A DNA stretch of 64,000 bases from an uncultured Chloroflexia bacterium. Lineage in GTDB: Bacteria > Chloroflexota > Anaerolineae > Anaerolineales > UBA4823. The DNA lies in NCBI GenBank assembly GCA_963809615.1, contig CAWEKR010000005.1, positions 55,865 through 119,864 of the forward strand, given 5' to 3'. The notes beneath the pieces were generated by a model. It worked only from the letters and a program-made list of their open reading frames with translations, was not told where the DNA came from and did not search any database. Shown here one piece after another: positions 9,701 through 17,998 of the stretch (position 1 is its first letter; each line of letters begins with the position of its first letter). A program made the translations under genes and the position numbers.

Positions 9701-11047
9701 GAGCTCAAGCAGCCGCTTCAGGCGGTTGTTACGGTTGATCACACGGCGGTACAGGTCATTCAGGTCGGAGGTGGCAAAGCGGCCGCCATCCAGCTGGACC
9801 ATAGGTCGCAGGTCGGGCGGGATCACCGGCAGGACGGTGAGAACCATCCACTCGGGACGGTTACCGCTGCGGCGGAAGGCTTCCACCACCTTAAGGCGCT
9901 TGGTGGCTTTCTTGCGCTTCTGCTTGCTCTTGGAGGTGCGCACCTCTTTCCATAACTCCTCCGCCAGCTTATTCAGGTCCAGCCGGCGCAGGATATCATA
10001 AAAGGCTTCAGCACCCATATCGGCGCGGAACACCTGCCCCCAGCGGGTCTTGAGCTCGCGGAAGCGGGTCTCACCCATGAAGGTGAGCGGACGCAGGTCG
10101 ATCAGCTCGTCGCGCAGGCTTTCGTTCTCGTCGCGCACGGTGCCCGACTGCTCTTCCAGCTGGTTGCGTAAGCCTTCCATGGTCATATCAGCTTCGGCGC
10201 GGATGCGCTCGACATCCATTTTCAGATGCTCGAGCTCACGCGCTTTCTGGTCTTTCAGCTGGCCTTCGAGGTCTTCCAGCTTCTCTTTTACCACCTGCTG
10301 CAGGCGGACAAGGTTCTGACCAGTGACTTTCTCTCCAGCTTCAACCACCACGGTGTCAGTCTGAAAGGTGATGGCAGTCTTGGTCACCTTGCCCTGCTTA
10401 TCGGTGATCACGCCTTCCAGGTGCTGACCTTCCTTGATGATCGGATCGAGTTCGATTGATTCATCATAGCGTTTGTTGATCTGCTGGCGGAGACCTTCCT
10501 GCTCGGCCAGGGAACGGTCACGACCGGCTTTCGTCTCGGCAATCTTGGAGTTAATCTGGGCAGCATACTCACGTTCAGCAGCGATGATATTATCATCCAG
10601 GCGCTTCAAGGCCTTCTGACGTGCGTCTTCATCAACGTAGGTGACGACGTATTGGGCAAAGTAGAGCACACGGTCCAGGTTGCGGCGGGAGATATCCAAC
10701 AGCAGGCCCAGGTAGGAGGGGATGCGGCGGGTATACCACACGTGTGCAACCGGGGCGGAAAGCTCAATGTGCCCCATGCGCTCGCGGCGCACGGATGAGC
10801 GGGTAACTTCCACTCCGCATTTATCGCAGATGATCCCCTTATAACGGATGTTCTTATATTTCCCGCAATAGCACTGCCAATCGCGGGTTGGTCCGAATAT
10901 AGCCTCACAGAAGAGACCATCCTTTTCAGGGCGCAAGCGCCGGTAGTTGATGGTCTCAGGTTTAAGTACTTCACCATAAGACCAACTGCGGATGGTTTCT
11001 GGAGATGCCAGGCTGATACGTAATGCCGTCAGTCCTTTAGTTTCCAC
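6743..11047 (-). CDS. rpoC: DNA-directed RNA polymerase subunit beta'
   Basis: 1434 aa. GTG start with AGGAGG 6 nt upstream. Catalytic [12 protein letters not shown] motif, N-terminal zinc motif CYCGKYK...CDKCGVEV, and a conserved bridge-helix/trigger-loop region. Confidence 0.98.
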   Translation of the reverse strand: METKGLTALRISLASPETIRSWSYGEVLKPETINYRRLRPEKDGLFCEAIFGPTRDWQCYCGKYKNIRYKGIICDKCGVEVTRSSVRRERMGHIELSAPVAHVWYTRRIPSYLGLLLDISRRNLDRVLYFAQYVVTYVDEDARQKALKRLDDNIIAAEREYAAQINSKIAETKAGRDRSLAEQEGLRQQINKRYDESIELDPIIKEGQHLEGVITDKQGKVTKTAITFQTDTVVVEAGEKVTGQNLVRLQQVVKEKLEDLEGQLKDQKARELEHLKMDVERIRAEADMTMEGLRNQLEEQSGTVRDENESLRDELIDLRPLTFMGETRFRELKTRWGQVFRADMGAEAFYDILRRLDLNKLAEELWKEVRTSKSKQKRKKATKRLKVVEAFRRSGNRPEWMVLTVLPVIPPDLRPMVQLDGGRFATSDLNDLYRRVINRNNRLKRLLELGAPDVIVRNEKRMLQEAVDSLIDNSQRGKALSRRGRRELKSLSDMLKGKKGRFRRNLLGKRVDYSGRSVIVVGPQLKLYQCGLPKGMALELYRPFVISRLVSHNYAANVKGAKRFIERNRPEVWEVLEEVIKERPVMLNRAPTLHRLGIQAFEPILIEGSAIQLHPLVTTAFNADFDGDQMAVHVPLSQKAVTEARELMLSSRNLLKPADGEPIISPSKDMVLGVYYLTITDDSIPHKGEGRNFADADEVELAYNLGQLDIHSEINVLVTTWYDDQRNRMPEAEVRLLKTTVGRVIFNRILPPEIQFINWKLDKGELKDLIAELYEVGGEDQTPEVADRIKEIGFTYATRSGYSIAVSDITVPPEKQDIINESLKEVELVLRDFRRGLLTDQEQDEKVINIWQRTTIDVAKAVKRAMDPHGNLAIMAESGATKGGFGPISQLAGMRGLMADPSGRIISHPIRSNFREGLNALEYFISTHGARKGLADTALRTADAGYLTRRLVDVAQDVIINELDCNTLEGIPIRKADDVADQALSVRLFGRVIAQNVTDPMTGEVLAERGELLDRDLVRKLTSADVTEVIVRSPLTCELDHGICAQCYGMDLARGKMVEMGSAVGIVAAQSIGEPGTQLTLRTFHTGGVAAGGDITTGLPRVEELFEARRMPKGEAKVAEIAGTAHIMQSDKYSELRLVRIEHSEMVSDEFSIPDSWTVAVEDATEVAQGDVVAYLDTATIVAQHTGRARLEKSDAGTKVIVSYEVHQEAEHELPTNARLLVHEGDHVEPGQPITEGSLNPHRILRIQGKYVSQMYLLTEVQKVYRSQGQNINDKHFEVIIRKMTSRVQITRPGDTNYLPGDLVDLLELKRVNEELLSQGKRPARFLETLLGITKASLSTDSFLSASSFQHTIKVLAGAAIAASEDPLYGLKENVIIGKLIPAGTGFVHGRFVETVNGESTAHDRTEGEFEDDYATEDFALADDIAADDNFSVD

Positions 11048-11082
11048 TCGATGCCTCCTGGAAAATAGACGAAGAAAAGCCC

Positions 11083-11109
11083 GCGCTTGAGAGTTATTCT
11101 CTCAAGCGC
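11083..11109 (-). terminator. terminator-like hairpin in the rpoC leader (also 100 nt downstream of the kinase gene)
   Basis: GCGCTTGAGAG-TTATT-CTCTCAAGCGC has a perfect 11-bp stem. On the minus strand it is followed by GGGCTTTTCTTCGTCTATTTT. Confidence 0.5.
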
Positions 11110-11150
11110 CAGGCGAACAATAGTCATTCCTTGGATACATGCAAACAATG

Positions 11151-11180
11151 ATTATACCTAAAATGATAGGATTTGGTCAA
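11151..11180 (-). promoter_or_regulatory. candidate promoter for rpoC
   Basis: The minus strand reads TTGACC (11180-11175), an 18-nt spacer, then TATAAT (11156-11151). Confidence 0.5.
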
Positions 11181-11211
11181 GAGGTATTTCTAAGAGGAAG
11201 ATTAGGGTTTA

Positions 11212-14200
11212 TCAGCCCTCATTCCGATTGCCCCCTTTGTTTTGCCTGAAAGGGATTGCCAGGTGGAAGGCACTACCCTTGCCCAGCTGGCTCTCCACCC
11301 ACACCCGACCCTTGTGGCGATCGGCGATCGACTTAACGATCGCTAGACCCAAGCCAGTGCCCTGGCGCTTCTTGGCTTCTTTCTGACCCCCGCGGTAGAA
11401 CTTCTCGAAAATCCGGGGAAGGTCCACCGGGGCGATGCCTATCCCGGTATCGACGACGTTGAACACCATCTGGTCCTTATCCGGCTCCACGCGCACAGAG
11501 ACCTTACCCCGCGGCTCGGTGTAGATCACGGCATTCTCGACCAGGTTGTGCAGTGCTTGCTGGAGCAGGGCATAATCGGCTTCGATGAGCGGGATGGCAT
11601 GCTGCGAGATATCACTGGAAATCACTACCTGTTTTTGAGAGGCCTGCAGCTGCAAGGCACCCACCACGCGGTCCACCACTTCCTGCACGGGGACCATTTC
11701 CAGCTGGAGGTCGACGCCGGCATCGATCCGGCCCAGGTCGAGCAGGCTGGTGACGAGCTGGTTCATTCCGTCCACGCTGGTGAGGATCTTTTTCACATAG
11801 CCTGTCTGCTGCTCGTTCAGCTCTCCGACCATCTCAAGCATGGTAGCGTAGCCACGCATGGTGGTGAGGGGGTAACGCAGGTCATGACTGACAGTGGCAA
11901 CAAACTCAGATTTGAGGGTGTCCAGCTCCTTGAAGCGGGTGACATCGCGCAGGATGCACACCCGACCGACAGGCTGACCCTCAACAATGACCGATGAGGC
12001 GGTCGCCAGGTAGATCTTGCCATCCGCCAGCTCCACTTCGGCCGATTGTTTTTCCTCCGAGACGACCTGCAGCAGCCCCAACAAAGCCGGCTGCTGGATG
12101 ATCGAGTCGATCGACTTCCCATTAACCGCTTCACCGGGCAGCCCAAGCACCTGCCAGGCAGCCGGGTTCGCCAACAGCAGGCGACCCTGGTAATCGGTCA
12201 CCAGCACCGGGTCGGGAGTGGAATTCAGGGTCGCTGCCAGGCGCTGGCGACCAATCTCAGCATTGGCAAACAGCTGGGAATTGGCGGAGGCCAGGGCAGC
12301 CTGCCCGGCGATGGTGGTCAAAAAACGGATCTCATCCGTACCAAACTGGTGGGGAGTGTCGTATGCCAGCCAGAGGGCGCCGTAAAACATATTCTCATGC
12401 TGGAGCGGCAATGCCAGGATGGCCTCGGGGCGGGGGGCATTCGGCGGGAAGGTGAGCAACCGCACCCGGCTCAGGTTGTTCAGCGCCACAACTTCCTTTC
12501 GGCGGACCATCGGCAGGATCTGGTCATCCAGGTAGCTGTACTGCTCGTTCTCACGGCCGTAACCGAAGCGGCTAGGTGCGGGTGTACCACCTTTCATTTC
12601 GGGTAATGCCTCGGGAGAAAGAACCACACGCACGGCAGTAGCACCCGTACTCAAGGCAGCTTCCATAACGGGCTTGACCAATTCCTGGAATTCCAGGCTG
12701 GAGGCAACGCCCCGGCTGACCAACAGCAGCCGGTTGAGCTCATCCAAACGGGCTTTAAGGCTCGTTCGCATGTTTTCGAAGGCATGCCCCAGCTGACCAA
12801 CCTCATCATTTCCACCCATTTCTAGCGGGCTGTCCAATTCACCATTGGAAATTCGGTTGGTCTCCAATGCCAAGTTCTGCAGGGATGAAGTCACCGTTCG
12901 CAAGGAAAAGCGTAGAACCAGGGCGGCAATCAGGAATAGAATCACGATGATGACCATCAGCGGCGCGGCGATCTGAAGCGCCAGCTGTTGGGCCTCCTGC
13001 ATCGGCACGGAAACCACCACGGACCACAACCGACCCCACACAGGCTGAGAATACATCATGCTGCGGACGCCATCAGGGGTGGTACCTTCGAAGAAACTGC
13101 CCTGGGTGGGTGATTCCAGGCTGTATTTTTGCATCACCCACTCACTGGATGAGCTGTAAAGGATTGTGGCAGTGTCATCCAGGAGCATCCCCTCGCCGGC
13201 GATATCGGACAAGCTGTTAAGCGAGATGCTGATCGACTCAAAAAAGGGATTGGTAGACAGGTCTGTTCGACCCACCAATACAGCGTCACGTGATCCGGTC
13301 CCGTCATATACTGCTGCCAGGAAGGATAATCGCGCCGACACCCCTCCCAGGGTTGGGGGTAGGGTGTGCATCTGGACCGGCAGCCCATTCAAGGCGTAGG
13401 TAATGCCAATATATTCTTGTGGAGACGGGTCGGCATCGTAGAAATCTTCCACCGGGTACCCGGTTACCGGCTGACCATTCTCATCCAACAGGTATAACTC
13501 GCTGAAATACGGAATGCTGCGCAGGATATCACCCATGAGGATATTCTGTTCTGAGAGTGTTCCCTGGGTCCAGGTTGGATCTTTGGCAAGGATCTGGATC
13601 AGGTTCTCACCGGTCTCCAGAAAGGCGGGGACATTATTGGCAGCAATCTTGCCGGTGCTTTCGAGCCGGTCATTCAACATCCCGGTAGCTGCCCGGCCGG
13701 CCACGATCCAATCTCCAGCCATCAGCCCGACGATGACCACAACCGCCAGGAGTGCCAGGCTGAAGAGGAACCTGCTTTGCAGTCGCCGCTCAACCGGAGA
13801 TGGCTCCAAGGGGCTGGAAAACCCCCACAAGCGGGGAAACACCAGCGCTACAACCTCTGCAAACACACCGCCCAGCAATAACTGCAAACCGACAGTGATG
13901 GTTGCAATGCCCACTTGAGACAGGGCAGTATCCAGTCGAGCCGCCAGGCTCCCCGATGAAGCCAGGGTGGTATCCAAAAGAAACAACAGGGGGTAGAGCA
14001 GGGCAAATAGGGCAGTGGCAAATAATGGGTGGCGCAGTGCACGGAAGACCCAGGTGCGATATCTTTGGTGGAACGCAGCGCCCAGGAAAGTAGCCAGCAA
14101 ACCATATTCAACCACGGTGAACAGGTTGTGGGAACCGAGCAGTGCCATCAGGCTCCCTGAAAGCAATCCCAAGCCGGCAGCCGGGAACACGCCCAGCAAC

Positions 14201-14517
14201 CCGGCAGCCAACACCCAGGGTACGGCAGCCAAAACCGGGATGGCTAATTCACCCAGGCTAACTGCTTGACCCTGGATTTTGAACGCCTCCTGGGCGGGCA
14301 GGCGAACAACGATGAATATATTGGTCAGGATGAGAAGAGTAATTAAACCAAAAAAAATGCCCCCGTGCAAACGCGTCCAGTGCTTGTTAAGCTGCCGCCA
14401 ACGGTACAGCAGTAGGACCAAAACACTTAATACGAAAACCCAGCCCACCCACCCGATTAATTCTTGTGGTTGATCGATGTAAAAGGGAGTGCCAAGAAAG
14501 GTAAAATCAATAACCAT
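11212..14517 (-). CDS. multidomain sensor histidine kinase (multi-TM N-terminus, extracytoplasmic Cache-like region, HAMP, GAF, PAS, HisKA, HATPase)
   Basis: H-box FVATVSHDLRYPL; N, G1 and G2 boxes NLVENAVIYT, DTGIGI and GTGLGLAIV. HAMP-like linker after a TM helix at about aa 510-540. About 8 N-terminal hydrophobic helices. Confidence 0.9.
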   Translation of the reverse strand: MVIDFTFLGTPFYIDQPQELIGWVGWVFVLSVLVLLLYRWRQLNKHWTRLHGGIFFGLITLLILTNIFIVVRLPAQEAFKIQGQAVSLGELAIPVLAAVPWVLAAGLLGVFPAAGLGLLSGSLMALLGSHNLFTVVEYGLLATFLGAAFHQRYRTWVFRALRHPLFATALFALLYPLLFLLDTTLASSGSLAARLDTALSQVGIATITVGLQLLLGGVFAEVVALVFPRLWGFSSPLEPSPVERRLQSRFLFSLALLAVVVIVGLMAGDWIVAGRAATGMLNDRLESTGKIAANNVPAFLETGENLIQILAKDPTWTQGTLSEQNILMGDILRSIPYFSELYLLDENGQPVTGYPVEDFYDADPSPQEYIGITYALNGLPVQMHTLPPTLGGVSARLSFLAAVYDGTGSRDAVLVGRTDLSTNPFFESISISLNSLSDIAGEGMLLDDTATILYSSSSEWVMQKYSLESPTQGSFFEGTTPDGVRSMMYSQPVWGRLWSVVVSVPMQEAQQLALQIAAPLMVIIVILFLIAALVLRFSLRTVTSSLQNLALETNRISNGELDSPLEMGGNDEVGQLGHAFENMRTSLKARLDELNRLLLVSRGVASSLEFQELVKPVMEAALSTGATAVRVVLSPEALPEMKGGTPAPSRFGYGRENEQYSYLDDQILPMVRRKEVVALNNLSRVRLLTFPPNAPRPEAILALPLQHENMFYGALWLAYDTPHQFGTDEIRFLTTIAGQAALASANSQLFANAEIGRQRLAATLNSTPDPVLVTDYQGRLLLANPAAWQVLGLPGEAVNGKSIDSIIQQPALLGLLQVVSEEKQSAEVELADGKIYLATASSVIVEGQPVGRVCILRDVTRFKELDTLKSEFVATVSHDLRYPLTTMRGYATMLEMVGELNEQQTGYVKKILTSVDGMNQLVTSLLDLGRIDAGVDLQLEMVPVQEVVDRVVGALQLQASQKQVVISSDISQHAIPLIEADYALLQQALHNLVENAVIYTEPRGKVSVRVEPDKDQMVFNVVDTGIGIAPVDLPRIFEKFYRGGQKEAKKRQGTGLGLAIVKSIADRHKGRVWVESQLGKGSAFHLAIPFRQNKGGNRNEG

Positions 14518-14551
14518 ATCGGTGGTATGACATAGAGTTTTTGCTCAAATG

Positions 14552-14560
14552 ATTATAGCA
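14552..14560 (-). promoter_or_regulatory. candidate extended -10 promoter element for the kinase gene
   Basis: The minus strand reads TGCTATAAT (a TGnTATAAT element) about 35 nt upstream of ATG 14517. There is no good -35. Confidence 0.3.
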
Positions 14561-14624
14561 TGTATGCAGTCTACCTATTATGGCTGTAGGACGACTTATT
14601 TTATCGCTTTACCAAACTGTTAGT

Positions 14625-15356
14625 TTATACCCACTCGACCGTCTCTTGCGTTGCAAGAGACAGGTCGGAATAAAAACCCCGCCGGTATTCTGGAAGCATG
14701 CCTGCCAGGATGTACATGGCTTCATCTGTCATGGTGCGCAGGATTTCCCGCCCAGCGCGCTGGTCCGTTTTAAAACGGAATGGAGCTCCGAATTTAACCC
14801 TCGCACCGGGTTCCCGCCAGCGATGAGAAAATGGCAGCATCGGGTAACCAATCGTCCCATCGATCGCCACCGGCACAATCGGAACATTCGCCCGGGTTGC
14901 CAGGTAGGCAATGCCTTCCTTCGCCTGGCGCAGCTGCGGGCCGCGGTGAGCTTCGGGGGCAACCAGAATGATCTCGCCCGCCTTCAAAACCTCCAGCGCG
15001 CCCTGGACCGCCCGCCGGTCGATCTCCTCCCGCTGGACCGGGATGACCCCATAGATACGCGGGAAAATACCCACAATGGGATAGCTGTACACCTCAACCT
15101 TCGCCATCGGGACAATGTTGCGCGGGAGCACATTCATCACCACAAAAGGATCGACGAAGTCGATATGGTTAATCATCATAATTGCCGGACCCGATTGAGG
15201 AACGTTCTCAACCCCTTCAACCTGGTCGATGCGGGCAAACAATGTGAAACCGATGATCCGCAGGAGGAAGCGCATCACCCGCCGGCGCGCCTCATAGCGG
15301 GAATGGTCATACCCGCCTGGTGACCATATCGATGATGCCATACTTTTCTCCGTCAT
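14625..15356 (-). CDS. plsC: 1-acyl-sn-glycerol-3-phosphate acyltransferase
   Basis: I trimmed the track ORF to ATG 15354-15356 (MTEKSM, GGAGG upstream), because the longer form overlaps cmk. HX4D motif NHIDFVDPF and a PEAHRG block are present. Confidence 0.85.
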   Translation of the reverse strand: MTEKSMASSIWSPGGYDHSRYEARRRVMRFLLRIIGFTLFARIDQVEGVENVPQSGPAIMMINHIDFVDPFVVMNVLPRNIVPMAKVEVYSYPIVGIFPRIYGVIPVQREEIDRRAVQGALEVLKAGEIILVAPEAHRGPQLRQAKEGIAYLATRANVPIVPVAIDGTIGYPMLPFSHRWREPGARVKFGAPFRFKTDQRAGREILRTMTDEAMYILAGMLPEYRRGFYSDLSLATQETVEWV

Positions 15357-15444
15357 CCCGCCTCCGGGGAGGATTGATCCCCACCAGGATACTGCGCAGT
15401 CAGCAGCGTTATCATAGGGATAATGACGGGAAGCGCGGACCTGT

Positions 15445-16125
15445 TCATCTTCCGTAGACCATTGACTTTGCCCGCTCGAGAACCTGGTCTGCATCCAACC
15501 CATCTGAACACAGGATCACCGCATCCTCGGCGGGGCGTAGGGGAGCAACTTTGCGCTGAGAATCGATCTCATCGCGCCGCTGCATCGATTGCAGGATTTG
15601 GTCATAATCAGCCGGCGTGCCTCGCCCACGCAGCTCAACAAAGCGGCGCCGGGCGCGTTCTTCGACCGAAGCATCCAGGTATATTTTAAGATCAGCGTTG
15701 GGTAAGACCACTGTGCCGATATCTCGCCCGACCATGACCACCCTGCCGCGCTCCCCGATGCGGCGCTGCTGGGCTGACAAAGCCTTGCGGACACCTGGAT
15801 AGGCAGACACGGGTGAGACGTGCGCTTCTACATCAGGTAGGCGGATTTCCCAGGTAATATCCTGTCCGTCCACGATGACCGAATAGGCGCGACCATCATC
15901 GACGGAGGGGGGGAGGACATCGATCTGGGCCTGCTCGGCCAGCACAGTGATGACAATTTCATCGTCAATTTCCAGCCCATGCTTCAAAGCTAGCCAGGTG
16001 ACTGCCCGGTACATTACACCCGTATCGAAGTAAAGATAATCCAAAGCCTGGGCAAGCCGATGCCCCAGGGTGGATTTTCCTGAAGCAGCCGGACCATCGA
16101 TGGTGATAATTTCAGGAATCCCCAT
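15445..16125 (-). CDS. cmk: cytidylate kinase
   Basis: P-loop IITIDGPAASGKST and typical Cmk length and pattern. Confidence 0.95.
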   Translation of the reverse strand: MGIPEIITIDGPAASGKSTLGHRLAQALDYLYFDTGVMYRAVTWLALKHGLEIDDEIVITVLAEQAQIDVLPPSVDDGRAYSVIVDGQDITWEIRLPDVEAHVSPVSAYPGVRKALSAQQRRIGERGRVVMVGRDIGTVVLPNADLKIYLDASVEERARRRFVELRGRGTPADYDQILQSMQRRDEIDSQRKVAPLRPAEDAVILCSDGLDADQVLERAKSMVYGR

Positions 16126-16152
16126 ACTTCATCTCATCTAATTGAATTGGAT

Positions 16153-17916
16153 TTATGGGACAGCATTCCCGGTTGGTTCAGCAGCCCCACCTGGAAAGAT
16201 GTCAGAACGGGCCCACAAAATGATCTGTTCCTCGCTCAACGGCGCCTTGCGGAATGCCAGCCAATTAATAAACTCGGGAGGGAAAACCCCCTGCCACCCG
16301 GGATAAAGACGCCAGACAAAATCCTGGCCGCGGTACTTTTGAGCCAAACTGGGTTCCTCAGACCCTTTCAATGTGACCACGACTGGCGGAGATTCGGTCG
16401 CGGATAGCGCCGTTTCAAAGCGGGCATTGGGAAAATTACGCAACACCCACTTCAATGCGCTAGAATCTGCCAAAGCCACCACTTCAAGCTGGTTACGCAA
16501 GCCTGTATTCCAGCTGGATAAATCGGACAGGGTGGTCAAAAAATGATCCGCCTGACCGGCGGTTGGCGCAGCACTCCACATCTCCTGGGCTCCATTCTGG
16601 CGCACGATGGCCATCCCCCAGGCATTTGCAAGGAGGAACAGGCCCAGCAAGAGGCACAGCGACCACACCACGCCTAACTTAGCGCCTTCTGCCGACCAGC
16701 CGACAAGTACCAGGATCACGGCAACCAGTCCCAACAACAAAGCCCCGATGATAATGGCCCAATAAATTCTCACCTCCCCGGGGTAGCGCCCAATAGCGAG
16801 CAGATTGAACCAGCTGATGACTATAAAAATGCACAGCAGCAGAGCCAAGCCTGCTCCGATGAGACGCGTATTCGTATCCTCCTCTGCAAGGAATGCGCGG
16901 CTGATCTCCGCGGATGCCAGGGCCCACATGGGGATGAGCGCCCACGCAAGGTCACCCACCTGCCGCCCGACATTGAGGAAGGGCAATATTATTGCGACCA
17001 CAGCCCAGATGCTAAACCCCATCAGCAGCAATCTCGCCTGTTGATCTTCCCAGTGACCCAGCCACGCCCGCAGCCCAGCAGCAACTGCAAAGATGACCAC
17101 TATCAGCTGGTAGACCAACAGGCTGGCGGGTAAACGGAGAATGGGGATCCCGCTAGCGGTGACCCAGGACTGTAAATAAGCCGGGATGGTATCTGCCAGG
17201 GCACCCAAACCCTGAGGATGGCGTAAAAACAAGGTGCCAGCGAAAAGCAGGGTGAGTAGAAAGGCAACGACGCCAACCCGAATTGAAGCAGCAGGGATTG
17301 CTTCGGGTGGTGAACCATCACTGTTTTCTTCCGGCTCGGATTCGACCAATCTGCTTACCAGGCTGTACAACCCCCAGCTAATCCCCAGGATGAGCACACC
17401 CTGTAGGAAGGCCAGCCCTGATAACAGTGCCAGTCCGCCGCAAATTCCCGCCAAAACCATCCGACGGTTGAATAGGCTGGCCAGTACAAACAGGGTGATT
17501 GCCAGGGCAGTCATCAGGCTGCCAGCTTGCCTGGAAAGGGAGACCAATCCCGGGTCCAACGCCAGTCCGAATGCCATCACCACCCCGGCGCGGTGCAGCC
17601 AGCTTGAATCGCCCATCCGGCGCTTGAAGCAGAGAGGCAGCCAAATGATCAGGCTGCCCAGCAAGGCAGGTAAAAAACGAGCCAGGAAATTGGAATCTTT
17701 AATGAGCGAGAACAGCAGGCTGGTGAAAATGATGTACAGCGGCTGTGGACCCAAAGAGCCTGCCCCGCCGCGGGACAGACCAAGCGCCTGGAGTGCCCAA
17801 CCGGCTTCAGCCTCGCTCAAGGCACCCACACCCAGCTGATACAGCCGCAGCCCTAATGCCAGCAGGAATGCGAGCCAATATAGTGCAAATTCGGTGTTGG
17901 TTTTATTTGCTTTCAT
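16153..17916 (-). CDS. polytopic membrane protein with soluble C-terminal domain, possible GT-C-fold glycosyltransferase
   Basis: 587 aa. The N-terminus LAFLLALGLRLYQLG is followed by about 12 hydrophobic helices and then a roughly 130-aa hydrophilic tail. It is the last gene of the membrane-protein cluster. Family assignment is tentative. Confidence 0.6.
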   Translation of the reverse strand: MKANKTNTEFALYWLAFLLALGLRLYQLGVGALSEAEAGWALQALGLSRGGAGSLGPQPLYIIFTSLLFSLIKDSNFLARFLPALLGSLIIWLPLCFKRRMGDSSWLHRAGVVMAFGLALDPGLVSLSRQAGSLMTALAITLFVLASLFNRRMVLAGICGGLALLSGLAFLQGVLILGISWGLYSLVSRLVESEPEENSDGSPPEAIPAASIRVGVVAFLLTLLFAGTLFLRHPQGLGALADTIPAYLQSWVTASGIPILRLPASLLVYQLIVVIFAVAAGLRAWLGHWEDQQARLLLMGFSIWAVVAIILPFLNVGRQVGDLAWALIPMWALASAEISRAFLAEEDTNTRLIGAGLALLLCIFIVISWFNLLAIGRYPGEVRIYWAIIIGALLLGLVAVILVLVGWSAEGAKLGVVWSLCLLLGLFLLANAWGMAIVRQNGAQEMWSAAPTAGQADHFLTTLSDLSSWNTGLRNQLEVVALADSSALKWVLRNFPNARFETALSATESPPVVVTLKGSEEPSLAQKYRGQDFVWRLYPGWQGVFPPEFINWLAFRKAPLSEEQIILWARSDIFPGGAAEPTGNAVP

Positions 17917-17998
17917 GGGTTATCCGACCGTATTATACCGCCTTCGTTGGAGTAGCCTTATAAAAGGAGTATGCTGAATGCCCTAACCCGAAGGTCAA

